From Candidatus Wolfebacteria bacterium GW2011_GWE2_44_13 (GTDB taxonomy: Bacteria; Patescibacteriota; Minisyncoccia; UBA6257; UBA9933): 64,000 bases of DNA. Numbering within the stretch: the stretch's first letter is position 1; each line of letters begins with the position of its first letter. The notes beneath the pieces are model-generated. The model was not told the origin of the DNA and ran no database searches. It saw nothing but the letters and a program-made list of their open reading frames with translations. Shown in pieces: positions 36,854-46,893 of this stretch. A program made the position numbers and the translations under genes. The stretch is taken from positions 67,873 through 131,872 of the forward strand of contig LCHW01000003.1 of NCBI GenBank assembly GCA_001000675.1, written 5' to 3'.

Positions 36854-37406
36854 ATATAACATAAAGAAGTGTTACTATCGCAACAATAAATACTACATTT
36901 TCTATTACTCCCACTGGATGCCATCGAAAATACACATCTCGTATCCAGTGCTCATTTCCTTTTTCTTCCGCCACCTTTTCTAACTCTTCCTCAGACCATG
37001 TCGCTGAGGCGTTCATTGATAAATCGCCCTCTTTTGTTGAGAACAATTTGGATATCTTTTTAGAAAATGGATACATCCACTTAATACCCCATCCAATTCC
37101 CATAGAGTCGTGTATAAAATGCGCCAGCGATGCCGCCATGAATACAAAGAACCACACCGCTCCGAATAACGCGGCGAATACCCCTCCAATACCTAAATAG
37201 AGCAATGGATAATGAAATAGATCACGATGCACATGCGCGTACTTTCCGCCTACCTTGCGATGCGCAATAGCGTGGACCAAAAAATCTGCGTCTGGCAATA
37301 ATGCGAACAAAACCGAGATGCCTACGAGTTGCGCAGACACCTCTATTCCAAATAGGTTTGAGGCTATTAAAGCGACAAATATTCCTAATCCAATGTCTGC
37401 TAGCAT
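36846..37406 (-). CDS. Membrane metal-dependent hydrolase (YdjM-like)
   Basis: LLPDAD, HRDLFH, HFIHDS motifs; start at 37406, the longer ORF runs into a REP. Confidence 0.8.
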   Translation of the reverse strand: MLADIGLGIFVALIASNLFGIEVSAQLVGISVLFALLPDADFLVHAIAHRKVGGKYAHVHRDLFHYPLLYLGIGGVFAALFGAVWFFVFMAASLAHFIHDSMGIGWGIKWMYPFSKKISKLFSTKEGDLSMNASATWSEEELEKVAEEKGNEHWIRDVYFRWHPVGVIENVVFIVAIVTLLYVIYG

Positions 37407-37425
37407 GGTTTTATTTTTCTTGCAC

Positions 37426-37452
37426 TGGATTCCCACCTTCGCGGGAATGACA
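37426..37452. repeat. REP-like palindrome
   Basis: TGGATTCCCACCTTCGCGGGAATGACA. Confidence 0.85.
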
Positions 37453-37469
37453 GAGCTACATTCTTATTT

Positions 37470-40400
37470 TTATTTTTTTATCCCAAACCAAATTCTCTCG
37501 CCATCAACTACTAATTCGCTATATGCGTCAATATGCTCTGCTTCTGGTGCGAACACAATAGACTTCGCACCTACTTCTTTTTTCAATAGTGTTTCGTGTT
37601 TTTTTATTACATCACCAAGCGCGGCACTGTCAACAAATAGCATTATTCTGTCTTTTGGTTCATACCCTGCATCTTGTCGTAGTCCTTGAACCATGCGCAC
37701 ACTTTCGCGTACGATCCCCTCTTCCAAAAGCTCCGGCGTGATGCGCGTATCAAATTCTACAACTCCTTCAACCTTTTGCTTTACGATAATCTTTTTTACG
37801 TTTACTTCGTCTGCAAGAATTTCCAACAATTCTTTATTTGTTTTTAATCCTGCAACCGTTGATTGCACAGTAAGCGTGGAAAGCGGTTGACGCACCTTGA
37901 TACCCAGCTGTGCGCGTTTTGCAAGCGCCAGGCTCGCCAATGTTCTTACTTCGGCCATCGCGATACCTGCCTTCATACTCGCCTTTATCGCTACAGAAGT
38001 CGCGCTCTTAGTCCAATTTTCCAAATGCACTGAGGCGTTCTTTTTCTGATTCAACGACTTATACAGCGCATCGGCAAAGAATGGCGTAAACGGCGCCAAT
38101 ACTTTACTGGTTTCAAATAACACATACGCTAACGTTTTCGACGCAAGTTCCCAATCTTTTTTATCATCCGGCTTTTGGAATCGGCGGCGCGAACGACGCA
38201 CATACCATGTTGATAAATCGTCAACAAATTGCCCAATCGGACGGACTGCGCGATCAAGCTCATAGCTATTCATAGATGCGGTTACTTCGGCAATTAACTC
38301 ATCGAGGCGGCCTAACATCCACGCATCCAATGCTGTTATTTTTCCTTTTGGACGAGCGATTACTTTTTGCTCTTTTCCATACATATCGTAGAAACTATAT
38401 ACGTTCCATAATCGTGCAATTACTTTCTTATATAGTTCATCGACTCCCTTCTCTGAAAACTGCAATGTTTCTGCGCGAACAACGGGCGAAGAAAGCAAAT
38501 ACAAGCGAAGTGCATCCGCGCCATACTTCTGCACCATCTCCATCGGGTCTGGATAATTCTTCAGCTTCTTGGACATTTTTTGTCCATCCTCGGCAAGAAT
38601 CATGCCCGTCACAACAACGTTTTTAAATGCAGGCTTTCCAAATAGCCCCGTTGATAACGCTAATAAGTTATAAAACCATCCGCGCGTTTGATCGACTCCT
38701 TCTGCAATAAATTCTGCGGGGAACTGCTTTTCAAATTTCTTTTTATTTTCAAACGGATAATGTGCTTGTCCGTATGGCATTGAGCCCGATTCGAACCAAC
38801 AATCGAATACGTCTGGAACGCGCTTCATTGTATGCCCTTTGCTACAGGTAAAATCCACCCGATCAATATAGGGCCTATGTAAATCCAATTCATAATTTTT
38901 ATTATGTGGGATGATACTGAAATCTAATTTCTTTATTTCTGCATTCACGATAAAATCTCTATCGCCCTTACGCATTGCAACGGCCTGCTCTGCATTATAC
39001 CCTTGTACGCCCGCAAATAATGCCCAAATTGGATACTCGTGACTAACGATCAAAATATTCTTCCCCGCATACTTTTTATCTATCTCATACACAAACTCCG
39101 CCATACGCTTTTTAACCTCGGTGAGGCTTTCTCCTTTTGGCGCACCTTTATCGAACTTTTCTTCCATCGATGCAAAGTAGGCATGATAATCGGCTAAAGG
39201 TCGTTCGTTAAAAATGCCACAATTTATTTCGCGCAGTCGCTTGTCCGTAACAATCTTTGCATCATACCCGAGCACCTTCGCCGCAATTGCTGCCGTTTCC
39301 TGTGCACGCATAAAATCAGACGCAAAGATTATATCAATCTTCTTGCCTTTTAATTGTTTTGCAAATGCTTTTACCGATGCATCAACTTGCTTCTTCCCCT
39401 TCTCTGTCAAATGTGACGGGGTCTTGGGATTCGAGTTTACGATATTCGCTGCGTTATTTTCTGACTGTCCATGACGCAATGTGAAATATGTGTTGCCTGA
39501 TTTCGGCCCATTCTTTTTTATCTCTGCAACAGAACCGATTACCTTTAACTCTCCACACTCTTGGCAACGCCATACCGGAAGTGGCGCTCCCCAGAATCGC
39601 GTTCGCGATACTGCCCAATCGCGCGCATCAGCAACCCAGTTGCCAAAACGCCCTGTTTTGATGTGTTCAGGAACCCAGTTTATCTTTTTATTATTTTCTA
39701 CAAGCCCATTTTTCGTATCGCGAATTTTTGTAACTTCCACAAACCATGAGGATGTTGCGTAGTTCAGTAATGGTGTTTCACAGCGCCAACAATGCGGATA
39801 CGAGTGAACCAACTTTTGCTTTTTCAACAAATTATTATGATGTGCAAGCCATTTTATAACCTCGATATCGGTTGCTTTATGGTCATCCCGCGGTTTTACA
39901 GCTAATCCAGGGAAATCCACTACTTCGGCCTTAAAATGCCCGTCCATGCCCACATGCTGCACGAATGGCAACTTATTCACCCGAGCTAATTCCATGTCGT
40001 CAGAACCAAACGCAGGGGCAATATGCACTATCCCTGAGCCGTCTTCCATGGTCACAAAATCACCGGAATACACCTTCCAACCATTCTCTCGATTTTCTAT
40101 TTCACCCTTCTGGTAATAGTCGAACATCGGCACATACGCCCTTCCGACAAGGTCCTTCCCTTTAACTGTTTCCAGGATTGTGTATTCTCCTTCAATCAGC
40201 TCCAGGCGGTCTTTTGCCAAAATATAATTCTCTATACCTGCTTCAGTTTTTGCAGCAATTTTTACGTATTCCACTTTTGCATTCACTGCTAGCGCAACGT
40301 TCCCTGGCAATGTCCATGGTGTTGTTGTCCATGCAATAAAATACGTATTCTTTTCTCCCGCAACTGCAAATTTTACATAGGTCGAAATATCATCGATGTC

Positions 40401-40994
40401 TTTATAATTTAATGCCACCTCGAAGTTAGAGAGTGACGTTTCACATCGCGGACAAACGTGCATAGACTTAAATCCTTCGTACACCAAACCCTTATCATAG
40501 AGCGTCTTAAATACCCACATTACCGATTCGGTAAAGCTGGTATCCATCGTCTTATAATCCTGCTCCATCTCTACCCACCTACCAATACGAGGAATGACAT
40601 TTTTCCAATCATGCGCAAACGCCATAACACTTCCCCGCGCAGCCTCATTGAATGTCTCAATACCAATATTCTCAATATCCTTTTTTGTCTGCAGTCCTAG
40701 CTCCTTTTCGATAAGATTTTCTACTGGCAGTCCGTGACAATCCCACCCCCAGCGACGCGTTACTCGCTTACCGTTCATGGTCTGATATCGAGGGACGGCA
40801 TCCTTAATAACACTGGCTAAAATATGCCCATAGTGGGGCAATCCAGTTGCAAACGGTGGGCCATCGTAAAATACGTAGTCTCCTTTCGGCGCATGCTTTT
40901 TAACCGATCGCTCGAATGTTTTGTCCTGTTTCCAAAACTCTAAAACTTCTAATTCCACCTCGCTTGGGGTGAACTTTTTTCTTCCTTTTAACAT
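37470..40994 (-). CDS. ileS: Isoleucyl-tRNA synthetase (type 2) with inserted histidine-phosphatase domain
   Basis: DGPPFATGLPHYGH, GWDCHGLP, WTTTPWTLP, KMSKK; insert LRHGQS...SDFMRAQETA...RLRE...GES...VSHE. Confidence 0.95.
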   Translation of the reverse strand: MLKGRKKFTPSEVELEVLEFWKQDKTFERSVKKHAPKGDYVFYDGPPFATGLPHYGHILASVIKDAVPRYQTMNGKRVTRRWGWDCHGLPVENLIEKELGLQTKKDIENIGIETFNEAARGSVMAFAHDWKNVIPRIGRWVEMEQDYKTMDTSFTESVMWVFKTLYDKGLVYEGFKSMHVCPRCETSLSNFEVALNYKDIDDISTYVKFAVAGEKNTYFIAWTTTPWTLPGNVALAVNAKVEYVKIAAKTEAGIENYILAKDRLELIEGEYTILETVKGKDLVGRAYVPMFDYYQKGEIENRENGWKVYSGDFVTMEDGSGIVHIAPAFGSDDMELARVNKLPFVQHVGMDGHFKAEVVDFPGLAVKPRDDHKATDIEVIKWLAHHNNLLKKQKLVHSYPHCWRCETPLLNYATSSWFVEVTKIRDTKNGLVENNKKINWVPEHIKTGRFGNWVADARDWAVSRTRFWGAPLPVWRCQECGELKVIGSVAEIKKNGPKSGNTYFTLRHGQSENNAANIVNSNPKTPSHLTEKGKKQVDASVKAFAKQLKGKKIDIIFASDFMRAQETAAIAAKVLGYDAKIVTDKRLREINCGIFNERPLADYHAYFASMEEKFDKGAPKGESLTEVKKRMAEFVYEIDKKYAGKNILIVSHEYPIWALFAGVQGYNAEQAVAMRKGDRDFIVNAEIKKLDFSIIPHNKNYELDLHRPYIDRVDFTCSKGHTMKRVPDVFDCWFESGSMPYGQAHYPFENKKKFEKQFPAEFIAEGVDQTRGWFYNLLALSTGLFGKPAFKNVVVTGMILAEDGQKMSKKLKNYPDPMEMVQKYGADALRLYLLSSPVVRAETLQFSEKGVDELYKKVIARLWNVYSFYDMYGKEQKVIARPKGKITALDAWMLGRLDELIAEVTASMNSYELDRAVRPIGQFVDDLSTWYVRRSRRRFQKPDDKKDWELASKTLAYVLFETSKVLAPFTPFFADALYKSLNQKKNASVHLENWTKSATSVAIKASMKAGIAMAEVRTLASLALAKRAQLGIKVRQPLSTLTVQSTVAGLKTNKELLEILADEVNVKKIIVKQKVEGVVEFDTRITPELLEEGIVRESVRMVQGLRQDAGYEPKDRIMLFVDSAALGDVIKKHETLLKKEVGAKSIVFAPEAEHIDAYSELVVDGERIWFGIKK

Positions 40995-41109
40995 GGATTT
41001 ACGATACCAAATAAATACATTCTCGTCATCTTGACATATTACACATTATGTTATACAATATTTCCAGATCAAATATTCCCAGCTCAGCTGGAACATAGGA
41101 GGCAAAACG

Positions 41110-41418
41110 ATGCTACTGATAAAAATGCTCGACGAAACCACGGAGACAAAACCTCAGGCGGGTGACTGCATTCTTCTGCGCACTGTTCAAAACCCTCCCG
41201 CATTGTTTGTTTCCGTCGTTCGCCCGATCCCAGCGGCTCATAATCTTCTTCTCGGCAACCACGCAGAGCATGAGCTTTGCCTCGAAGGAATTGCGCCGCG
41301 CAACATCCTCGAAATCATACATCTCTTTGTCAAACTACTTGAGATGAGCGGCGTTAGTACCGTACGCGTTACTACCGTTCATGAAAGCTTCGGGGAAATC
41401 AAAATTCTCGCTGCTTAA
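41110..41418 (+). CDS. Hypothetical protein
   Basis: SD AGGAGG, TTGACA promoter, terminator CCCCGGAC-GTCCGGGG. Confidence 0.6.
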   Translation: MLLIKMLDETTETKPQAGDCILLRTVQNPPALFVSVVRPIPAAHNLLLGNHAEHELCLEGIAPRNILEIIHLFVKLLEMSGVSTVRVTTVHESFGEIKILAA

Positions 41419-41505
41419 CCCCCTCCCCCGGACTTATGTCCGGGGCGCTTTTTTATATGCCCAAATAAAAGCCCCGCTCCTCGGCAAGGAATGGGGCTTA
41501 TTTCT

Positions 41506-41937
41506 TTATTTTTCTTTTTTCCAGAGATCTATGGCCAACAATGCAGTAACAACTCCGATCGTATCCGAAATAACACAATACAGACACCAGGCTTTTATTA
41601 CAAACGCCTGCAGAGCAAATAAGTATAGTGCAAACACTCCACCCAATATAGCCATTGCAAGTACTCGTTGTAATCCTTTTTTTGTCCTTCGTTGTAGATA
41701 ATACGTTATCAGAATAATCGTCACCGCATAAAAAATCGCGCCCAATAATGACAACGGAATGCCGAAAATAGCACTATACGTTGATTGCGCTACGGTATCG
41801 CAGCCTGAAAATGCGAAACAGTTTATTGGGCTTCCGATTATTCGCTTCATCGCCAAATACACTGCATCAGTAAATCCAGCTACACTCAGCGCAAGTATCG
41901 TCCAGACGATTATTGTGTTGTTCTTACTAGTATCCAT
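41506..41937 (-). CDS. Vitamin K epoxide reductase (VKOR) family protein
   Basis: C..SGCDTV..S.YS.IFGIP and WCLYC. Confidence 0.92.
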   Translation of the reverse strand: MDTSKNNTIIVWTILALSVAGFTDAVYLAMKRIIGSPINCFAFSGCDTVAQSTYSAIFGIPLSLLGAIFYAVTIILITYYLQRRTKKGLQRVLAMAILGGVFALYLFALQAFVIKAWCLYCVISDTIGVVTALLAIDLWKKEK

Positions 41938-41948
41938 TTTTATAATTC

Positions 41949-42010
41949 TGTCATTCCCGCGGAGGCGGGAATCTATAGAGCACTGGATTCCCTCCTCCGC
42001 GGGAATGACA
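41949..42010. repeat. Inverted REP doublet
   Basis: TGTCATTCCCGCGGAGGCGGGAATC...GATTCCCTCCTCCGCGGGAATGACA. Confidence 0.9.
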
Positions 42011-42022
42011 ATTCAGAAAACA

Positions 42023-42664
42023 TTATTTATTCAATTCATCCTCAACTAATTGCTTCAGCTCCTCGTATGATTGAAATCGAACTTGCGTTTCATTTATAAA
42101 GAACGTTGGCGTTCCTTGTATGCCTTGTGTTCCTCCTTCAGTTATAGCACGTTCTACTCTGCTCGCAAGATCTACTGACTGTACGTCACTTATAAATTTG
42201 GGAATATCCAATCCAATAAGTGTCGCGTATTCTACTATCGATTGTTGTATATTTTCACTCACCGACCATTCTTCTTGTCGATCAAAGAGCATGTCATGCA
42301 TTTCCCAAAACTTGCCCTGCTTCCCTGCTGCCTCAGTGGCAATCGCTGCGGTTTTTGCAAACGCATGCTGTTGTAGTGGAAAATGGCGATACACCATTTG
42401 CACATCATCCCCCTTCTCTTTTTCTAACTCCTTCACGATGCCGTAATAGTATTTACACGCCGGACACTGAAAATCGCTATACTCTACGAGTGTTACTTTT
42501 GCGTTTTCATTTCCTTTTCTCCAATCCGCCGACGATACCGGTATTACTAAATCGCCTATTACTACAGCCGGCTTCGCCACCGCAGCATACATGCCCAATA
42601 CGATTGCGCCAAGCCCAATCACTATTAAAAGCCATATAAAAATTTCTTGTCCTTTTTTACTCAT
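42023..42664 (-). CDS. DsbA-family thioredoxin
   Basis: EYSDFQCPAC, YRHFPL, QGKFWEMHD, GTPTFFIN; adjacent to VKOR. Confidence 0.92.
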   Translation of the reverse strand: MSKKGQEIFIWLLIVIGLGAIVLGMYAAVAKPAVVIGDLVIPVSSADWRKGNENAKVTLVEYSDFQCPACKYYYGIVKELEKEKGDDVQMVYRHFPLQQHAFAKTAAIATEAAGKQGKFWEMHDMLFDRQEEWSVSENIQQSIVEYATLIGLDIPKFISDVQSVDLASRVERAITEGGTQGIQGTPTFFINETQVRFQSYEELKQLVEDELNK

Positions 42665-42720
42665 AATGCAAAGGATATCACGAAAAAACAGGGCTGAGAA
42701 GCCCTGCTTTTTACTTTGTA

Positions 42721-45312
42721 TTAGCTACACAATCCCCATCCACAGTTTGGGCACTTTCTGCATCCCTCCTGTCGGACGAGCTTTGTTTTACAGCTTGGGC
42801 AATGCGTAATTTCTTTTACTTGTCCAGCGAAATCGTCTGCATTCAATGCTGATGGTGCTGGAGATAGCCCTAGCTCTATCGTACTCGTAGGCGCGCCTGC
42901 TTTGTGATAGATTGCCATTCCCTTTGCTTTTTCATCCTTGATAACAGTCATCTCGCTTTCTTTCTTTTCCTTGTCGCCCTTCTTAGAGCCTGCATTCAAT
43001 ACTTGTAGCGTCAATGACTTATCTCGATACACGGTAACTCCCTTACAGCCGAGTTCATGTGCCATCAAATAAATTTCTTTGATATCCTCAACGGTTGCTG
43101 TTGCTGGTAAGTTGTTTGTTTTGGAAATAGAAGAGTCGGTCCAACGCTGCAAAAGTCCAAGCACCTTTACGTGATCCTTTGGTGCAATGTCCATGGATGT
43201 GACAAACACCTTTTTGAGTTTCGGTGGGATATATGAAACATTTCGCACGCTTCCGCTTACTCCTGAAACATCCTTAAGTAATGCATCGTCCATCAACCCT
43301 TCGCGCTGCATGCGATCTTCGAATACTGGATCGACGTAGAAGAAGCTTCCGATTGTGATACTCTTTTCAAACACAAGGCTAAATACTGGTTCAATGCCCG
43401 AAGAACATCCTGCGATCATCGAGATAGATCCGGTTGGCGCAAGTACGGTCGTAAATCCGTTACGAATACCGTGCTGTTCCATTTTCTTAACCAATCCTTT
43501 CCAATCTTGCTTCCATGATGCTTTGTCTTTAAACGCAGCGAATGGCATCTGGCCGTCCTTGTATGCAGACTTATCGAACATCGGCATGCGTCCTCGTTCT
43601 TTTGCAAGATCGACAGAAGCAACCTTTGTCTGATAATTCAAGAATTCCATAAGGTCTTCCATGAAGGCAAAACCTTCCTTGGAGTCATACGGAATCTCCA
43701 GCTCATACAACAAATCTCCCAATCCCATCATGCCGAACCCAATCTTTCGCGTTGAAAGCGTCATTGCCTCAATTTCCGGCATTGGATATTTATTTACGTC
43801 GATAACGTTATCGAGCAATCGCATTGCTACTTGGATATCCGCTGCGAGCCGATCCCAATTAAATTGCGCTTTCTTACCACCATTCTTTTCTGCGTAGCTC
43901 CATACGTTGATTGAACCAAGGTTGCAACTTTCATATGGATACAACACTACCTCTCCGCATGGGTTTGTGCTTTCAATTGGCCCCATGGATTTCAAGAACG
44001 GATTGTGTTCGTTGATGTTGTCAAAAAACAACGCTCCTGGCTCAGCAGACTCCCATGCCTGATACGCGATCAAATCGAAGAGTTGCTCTGGATCAACTTC
44101 TTTTACCACTTTTCCACTTCGTGGGCTCAATAATTGATACGGCTTCTTTTCTTTTAATGCTTTCCAAAAATCAGGCATCAACATAACCGATATGTTGAAG
44201 TTGCGTAGGCCCTTGTTTCCTTCCTTTGCTTTAATAAACTTTTCAATGTCTGGGTGATTACTGTTCAAAATACCCATGTTTGCGCCTCGTCGAATACCTC
44301 CCTGCTTAATAACTTCTGTCATGTTATCGAACATCGACATAAAGCTTATTGGGCCTGATGCAGTGCCGCCCGTCGTTTTTACAAAATCTCCTTCAGGTCG
44401 CAAGTGTGAGAAATTGTATCCAACCCCTCCCCCTGACTTAAAGATAACCGCCGCTGACTTGAGCGTATCCATAATCAAGTCAATTGAATCTTCAACTCCT
44501 AGCGTGAAGCATGCGCTCCCCATGCCCAAATGATTTCCAAAGTTTGCAATTGCTGGCGTGTTTGGAAGAAACTTTCGCCCAATCATTAACGCATAGTACC
44601 CTTCTAACTCAGCTGCATATTTATCAAAATATCCTTGCTTAAATAGCTCAAGCAACTCTCCCCAGGAAACTTTTATTTTTCGCTCCCCTGCGGTGCGCGT
44701 ATACAATCGATGCAATGCTTCTATATGGAACTCGTTCAACTTGTACTTTCCTATTGCAAGCTTTCCATCAAGCTTCTTGTACTCGATATCTTCTACGCGA
44801 TGTTCGGTTCCGCCTGGGCGTCGCTGGAACAACTTTGCATCGTAAAATAGCGAGGCAATCGTGATGTGTGTTGCTACGCGTTGGAAAAGCTCCTTAGGTG
44901 TCTCGATAACACTACCCTCTTCGTCCTTAACCAAATAACGACTTGCTAAAACGCGAAGCGCGTTAAGATCAAACTTTTTATCAACTTCATCAATCTCCTC
45001 TTTGTTCAATATCTGCTCTTTCTGGTGACGAATATCTGCACGATGCTCTCGATACAAAATATACGACTTCGCCATCTTGGCGTGCCCTGTTTCGATCAAC
45101 ACCTGCTCAACCATGTCCTGAATTTCTTCCACCTCAGGAGTTGTTCCTTTTTTTGTATCAGCAACGCGCGTAACAACATCTTTTGCAAGCGTTTCCGCTA
45201 GCTCCCAATTCTCTTCTCCTACGGCAACCGACACTTTGTAAATTGCTTTTACAATCTTTTCGATGTTAAACGGAACAACCTGACCGTTTCTCTTGAGCAC
45301 TGTCTTGAACAT
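42721..45312 (-). CDS. nrdJ: Class II (AdoCbl-dependent) ribonucleotide reductase with ATP cone
   Basis: ATP cone KRNGQVVPFN, PNTP, SACF, RRGANMG, TNPCGE, APTGSIS, C-terminal CPSC..CRKCPNCGW. Confidence 0.9.
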   Translation of the reverse strand: MFKTVLKRNGQVVPFNIEKIVKAIYKVSVAVGEENWELAETLAKDVVTRVADTKKGTTPEVEEIQDMVEQVLIETGHAKMAKSYILYREHRADIRHQKEQILNKEEIDEVDKKFDLNALRVLASRYLVKDEEGSVIETPKELFQRVATHITIASLFYDAKLFQRRPGGTEHRVEDIEYKKLDGKLAIGKYKLNEFHIEALHRLYTRTAGERKIKVSWGELLELFKQGYFDKYAAELEGYYALMIGRKFLPNTPAIANFGNHLGMGSACFTLGVEDSIDLIMDTLKSAAVIFKSGGGVGYNFSHLRPEGDFVKTTGGTASGPISFMSMFDNMTEVIKQGGIRRGANMGILNSNHPDIEKFIKAKEGNKGLRNFNISVMLMPDFWKALKEKKPYQLLSPRSGKVVKEVDPEQLFDLIAYQAWESAEPGALFFDNINEHNPFLKSMGPIESTNPCGEVVLYPYESCNLGSINVWSYAEKNGGKKAQFNWDRLAADIQVAMRLLDNVIDVNKYPMPEIEAMTLSTRKIGFGMMGLGDLLYELEIPYDSKEGFAFMEDLMEFLNYQTKVASVDLAKERGRMPMFDKSAYKDGQMPFAAFKDKASWKQDWKGLVKKMEQHGIRNGFTTVLAPTGSISMIAGCSSGIEPVFSLVFEKSITIGSFFYVDPVFEDRMQREGLMDDALLKDVSGVSGSVRNVSYIPPKLKKVFVTSMDIAPKDHVKVLGLLQRWTDSSISKTNNLPATATVEDIKEIYLMAHELGCKGVTVYRDKSLTLQVLNAGSKKGDKEKKESEMTVIKDEKAKGMAIYHKAGAPTSTIELGLSPAPSALNADDFAGQVKEITHCPSCKTKLVRQEGCRKCPNCGWGLCS

Positions 45313-45412
45313 AGAGTGAGTGACTAATAGCTCCCCGCATTGAATACTCCGTCTGTCTGCCGTGGATTCAGAACAATTCGCTATCGCCGATATTGGTTAT
45401 TGGATTTTTATT

Positions 45413-45458
45413 AGATCCTTCGGCTCACCCGCCTACTGACGGGTTCGCTCAGGATAAA
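45413..45458. repeat. REP-like element of AGATCCTTCG...CGCTCAGGAT type
   Basis: AGATCCTTCGGCTCACCCGCCTACTGACGGGTTCGCTCAGGATAAA. Confidence 0.6.
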
Positions 45459-45471
45459 ACGCAGGAGCGTT

Positions 45472-46800
45472 TTATTTTTTTCGCCTTCGCAGGAAAGCTG
45501 GAATATCCCATTCCTTTTCTTTCTCCTCGATTATTTCCTCTTCTTCGTAATCATCTACAGCCCCTACTCGCTCGATGGGAGTGGACTTAACTTCCTCCCG
45601 CTCCTCTCGCATATTCTGATTTGCAATACCTTCGAAGGGGAGGCTGCTACTTACCCGCACTGGAAGATCTGCACTTTCAGTGAAATAAGAATCGTATCGT
45701 CCATCACGCGTAAGCGTGTCTGAAAAACCAGTGGCGATTAATGTTATTTTCAACTGACCCTTGTTTAGCTTTCTATCATAATACGTTCCGAAGATAATCT
45801 TTGCAGATTGATCGGCGCTTTCTGCTACTGCACTCGCGATCTCATTGATTTCGTGCATCTTAAGATCATTTCTTCCTGAAACACACAACAAAATTCCTCG
45901 TGCACCCTCAACCGAGGTCTCGAGCAGTGGTGAATTAATCGCGGCACTCGCTGCTTTCCCGGCGCGACCATTACCCGATGCAATACCCAAGCCAACCATT
46001 GCTGAACCTGAATCTCGCATGACTGCTTTTACGTCTGCGAAGTCGATGTTGATAATTCCTGGTGTTAAAATCAACTCTGTTACCCCTCGTACTGAATCTC
46101 GCAAAATCTTGTCCACTTCCTCGAATGCCTTCATTAGCGAAGTGTCTTTACTGATAATGGAAAATATTCGGTCGTTTGGAATAGTAATGAGCGTATCAAC
46201 TCTATCTCTCATTCTGATGATACCTTCTTCTGCAATGCGCGCTCGCTGTCCTCCTTCAAATGCGAACGGTTTTGTTACGATACCTACGGTAAGAATACCT
46301 AAGTCTTTTGCAATTTCAGCAACCACCGGCGCAGCTCCTGTTCCTGTGCCACCTCCAAAACCTGCGGTGACAAATATCATATCCGCATCTTTAATTGCTT
46401 CTGTTATTTCAGCTCTATTTTCTTCTGCTGCCTGCTTTCCGAGCTCAGGGTTCATTCCTGTTCCCATTCCTTTTGTAAGGTTCTTGCCGATGTAGATACG
46501 CTTCTTTGCCTGCGCTTGATTCAAATCCTGTAAGTCGGTATTGATTGCGATCAATTCAACGCCTTTAGGAAAATCTTCGTACATGCGCGTTATCGCATTC
46601 CCTCCTCCTCCTCCAACACCAATCACCTTAATACGTACCACAACTTGCTCCTCCCTTCCCTTCACGGTATTTACTAGCTTTGCTTTTGATGTGCTCTCTC
46701 CTTTGCTCTTTTCCTTTTTATTTACCACGGGCCGCTTTACTTCCACTGCTTCCTTGCTTGCCGTTGTTGGCTTTGCTTTTGTTGTTTTTTTCGCTTTCAT
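45472..46800 (-). CDS. ftsZ: Cell division protein FtsZ
   Basis: GVGGGGGNA, GGGTGTG, INIDFADV, C-terminal DIPAFLRR. Confidence 0.98.
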   Translation of the reverse strand: MKAKKTTKAKPTTASKEAVEVKRPVVNKKEKSKGESTSKAKLVNTVKGREEQVVVRIKVIGVGGGGGNAITRMYEDFPKGVELIAINTDLQDLNQAQAKKRIYIGKNLTKGMGTGMNPELGKQAAEENRAEITEAIKDADMIFVTAGFGGGTGTGAAPVVAEIAKDLGILTVGIVTKPFAFEGGQRARIAEEGIIRMRDRVDTLITIPNDRIFSIISKDTSLMKAFEEVDKILRDSVRGVTELILTPGIINIDFADVKAVMRDSGSAMVGLGIASGNGRAGKAASAAINSPLLETSVEGARGILLCVSGRNDLKMHEINEIASAVAESADQSAKIIFGTYYDRKLNKGQLKITLIATGFSDTLTRDGRYDSYFTESADLPVRVSSSLPFEGIANQNMREEREEVKSTPIERVGAVDDYEEEEIIEEKEKEWDIPAFLRRRKK

Positions 46801-46893
46801 AATAGTGTTTCAAATCTTGTACGCTTGGGTGAAATGCAATACCTGCGAGTCTTATCTCGCGCGCTACGGCAGTTCGCTAAGAGCGCAAGTTTG

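Noticed and set aside
45313-45410. Cobalamin riboswitch or NrdR boxes upstream of nrdJ
   Set aside because: Some pairing potential, but no recognisable B12-box or NrdR consensus; too short to call.
46845-46892. Weak hairpin between ftsA and ftsZ
   Set aside because: Imperfect, single copy in the window; cannot be distinguished from a decayed repeat.
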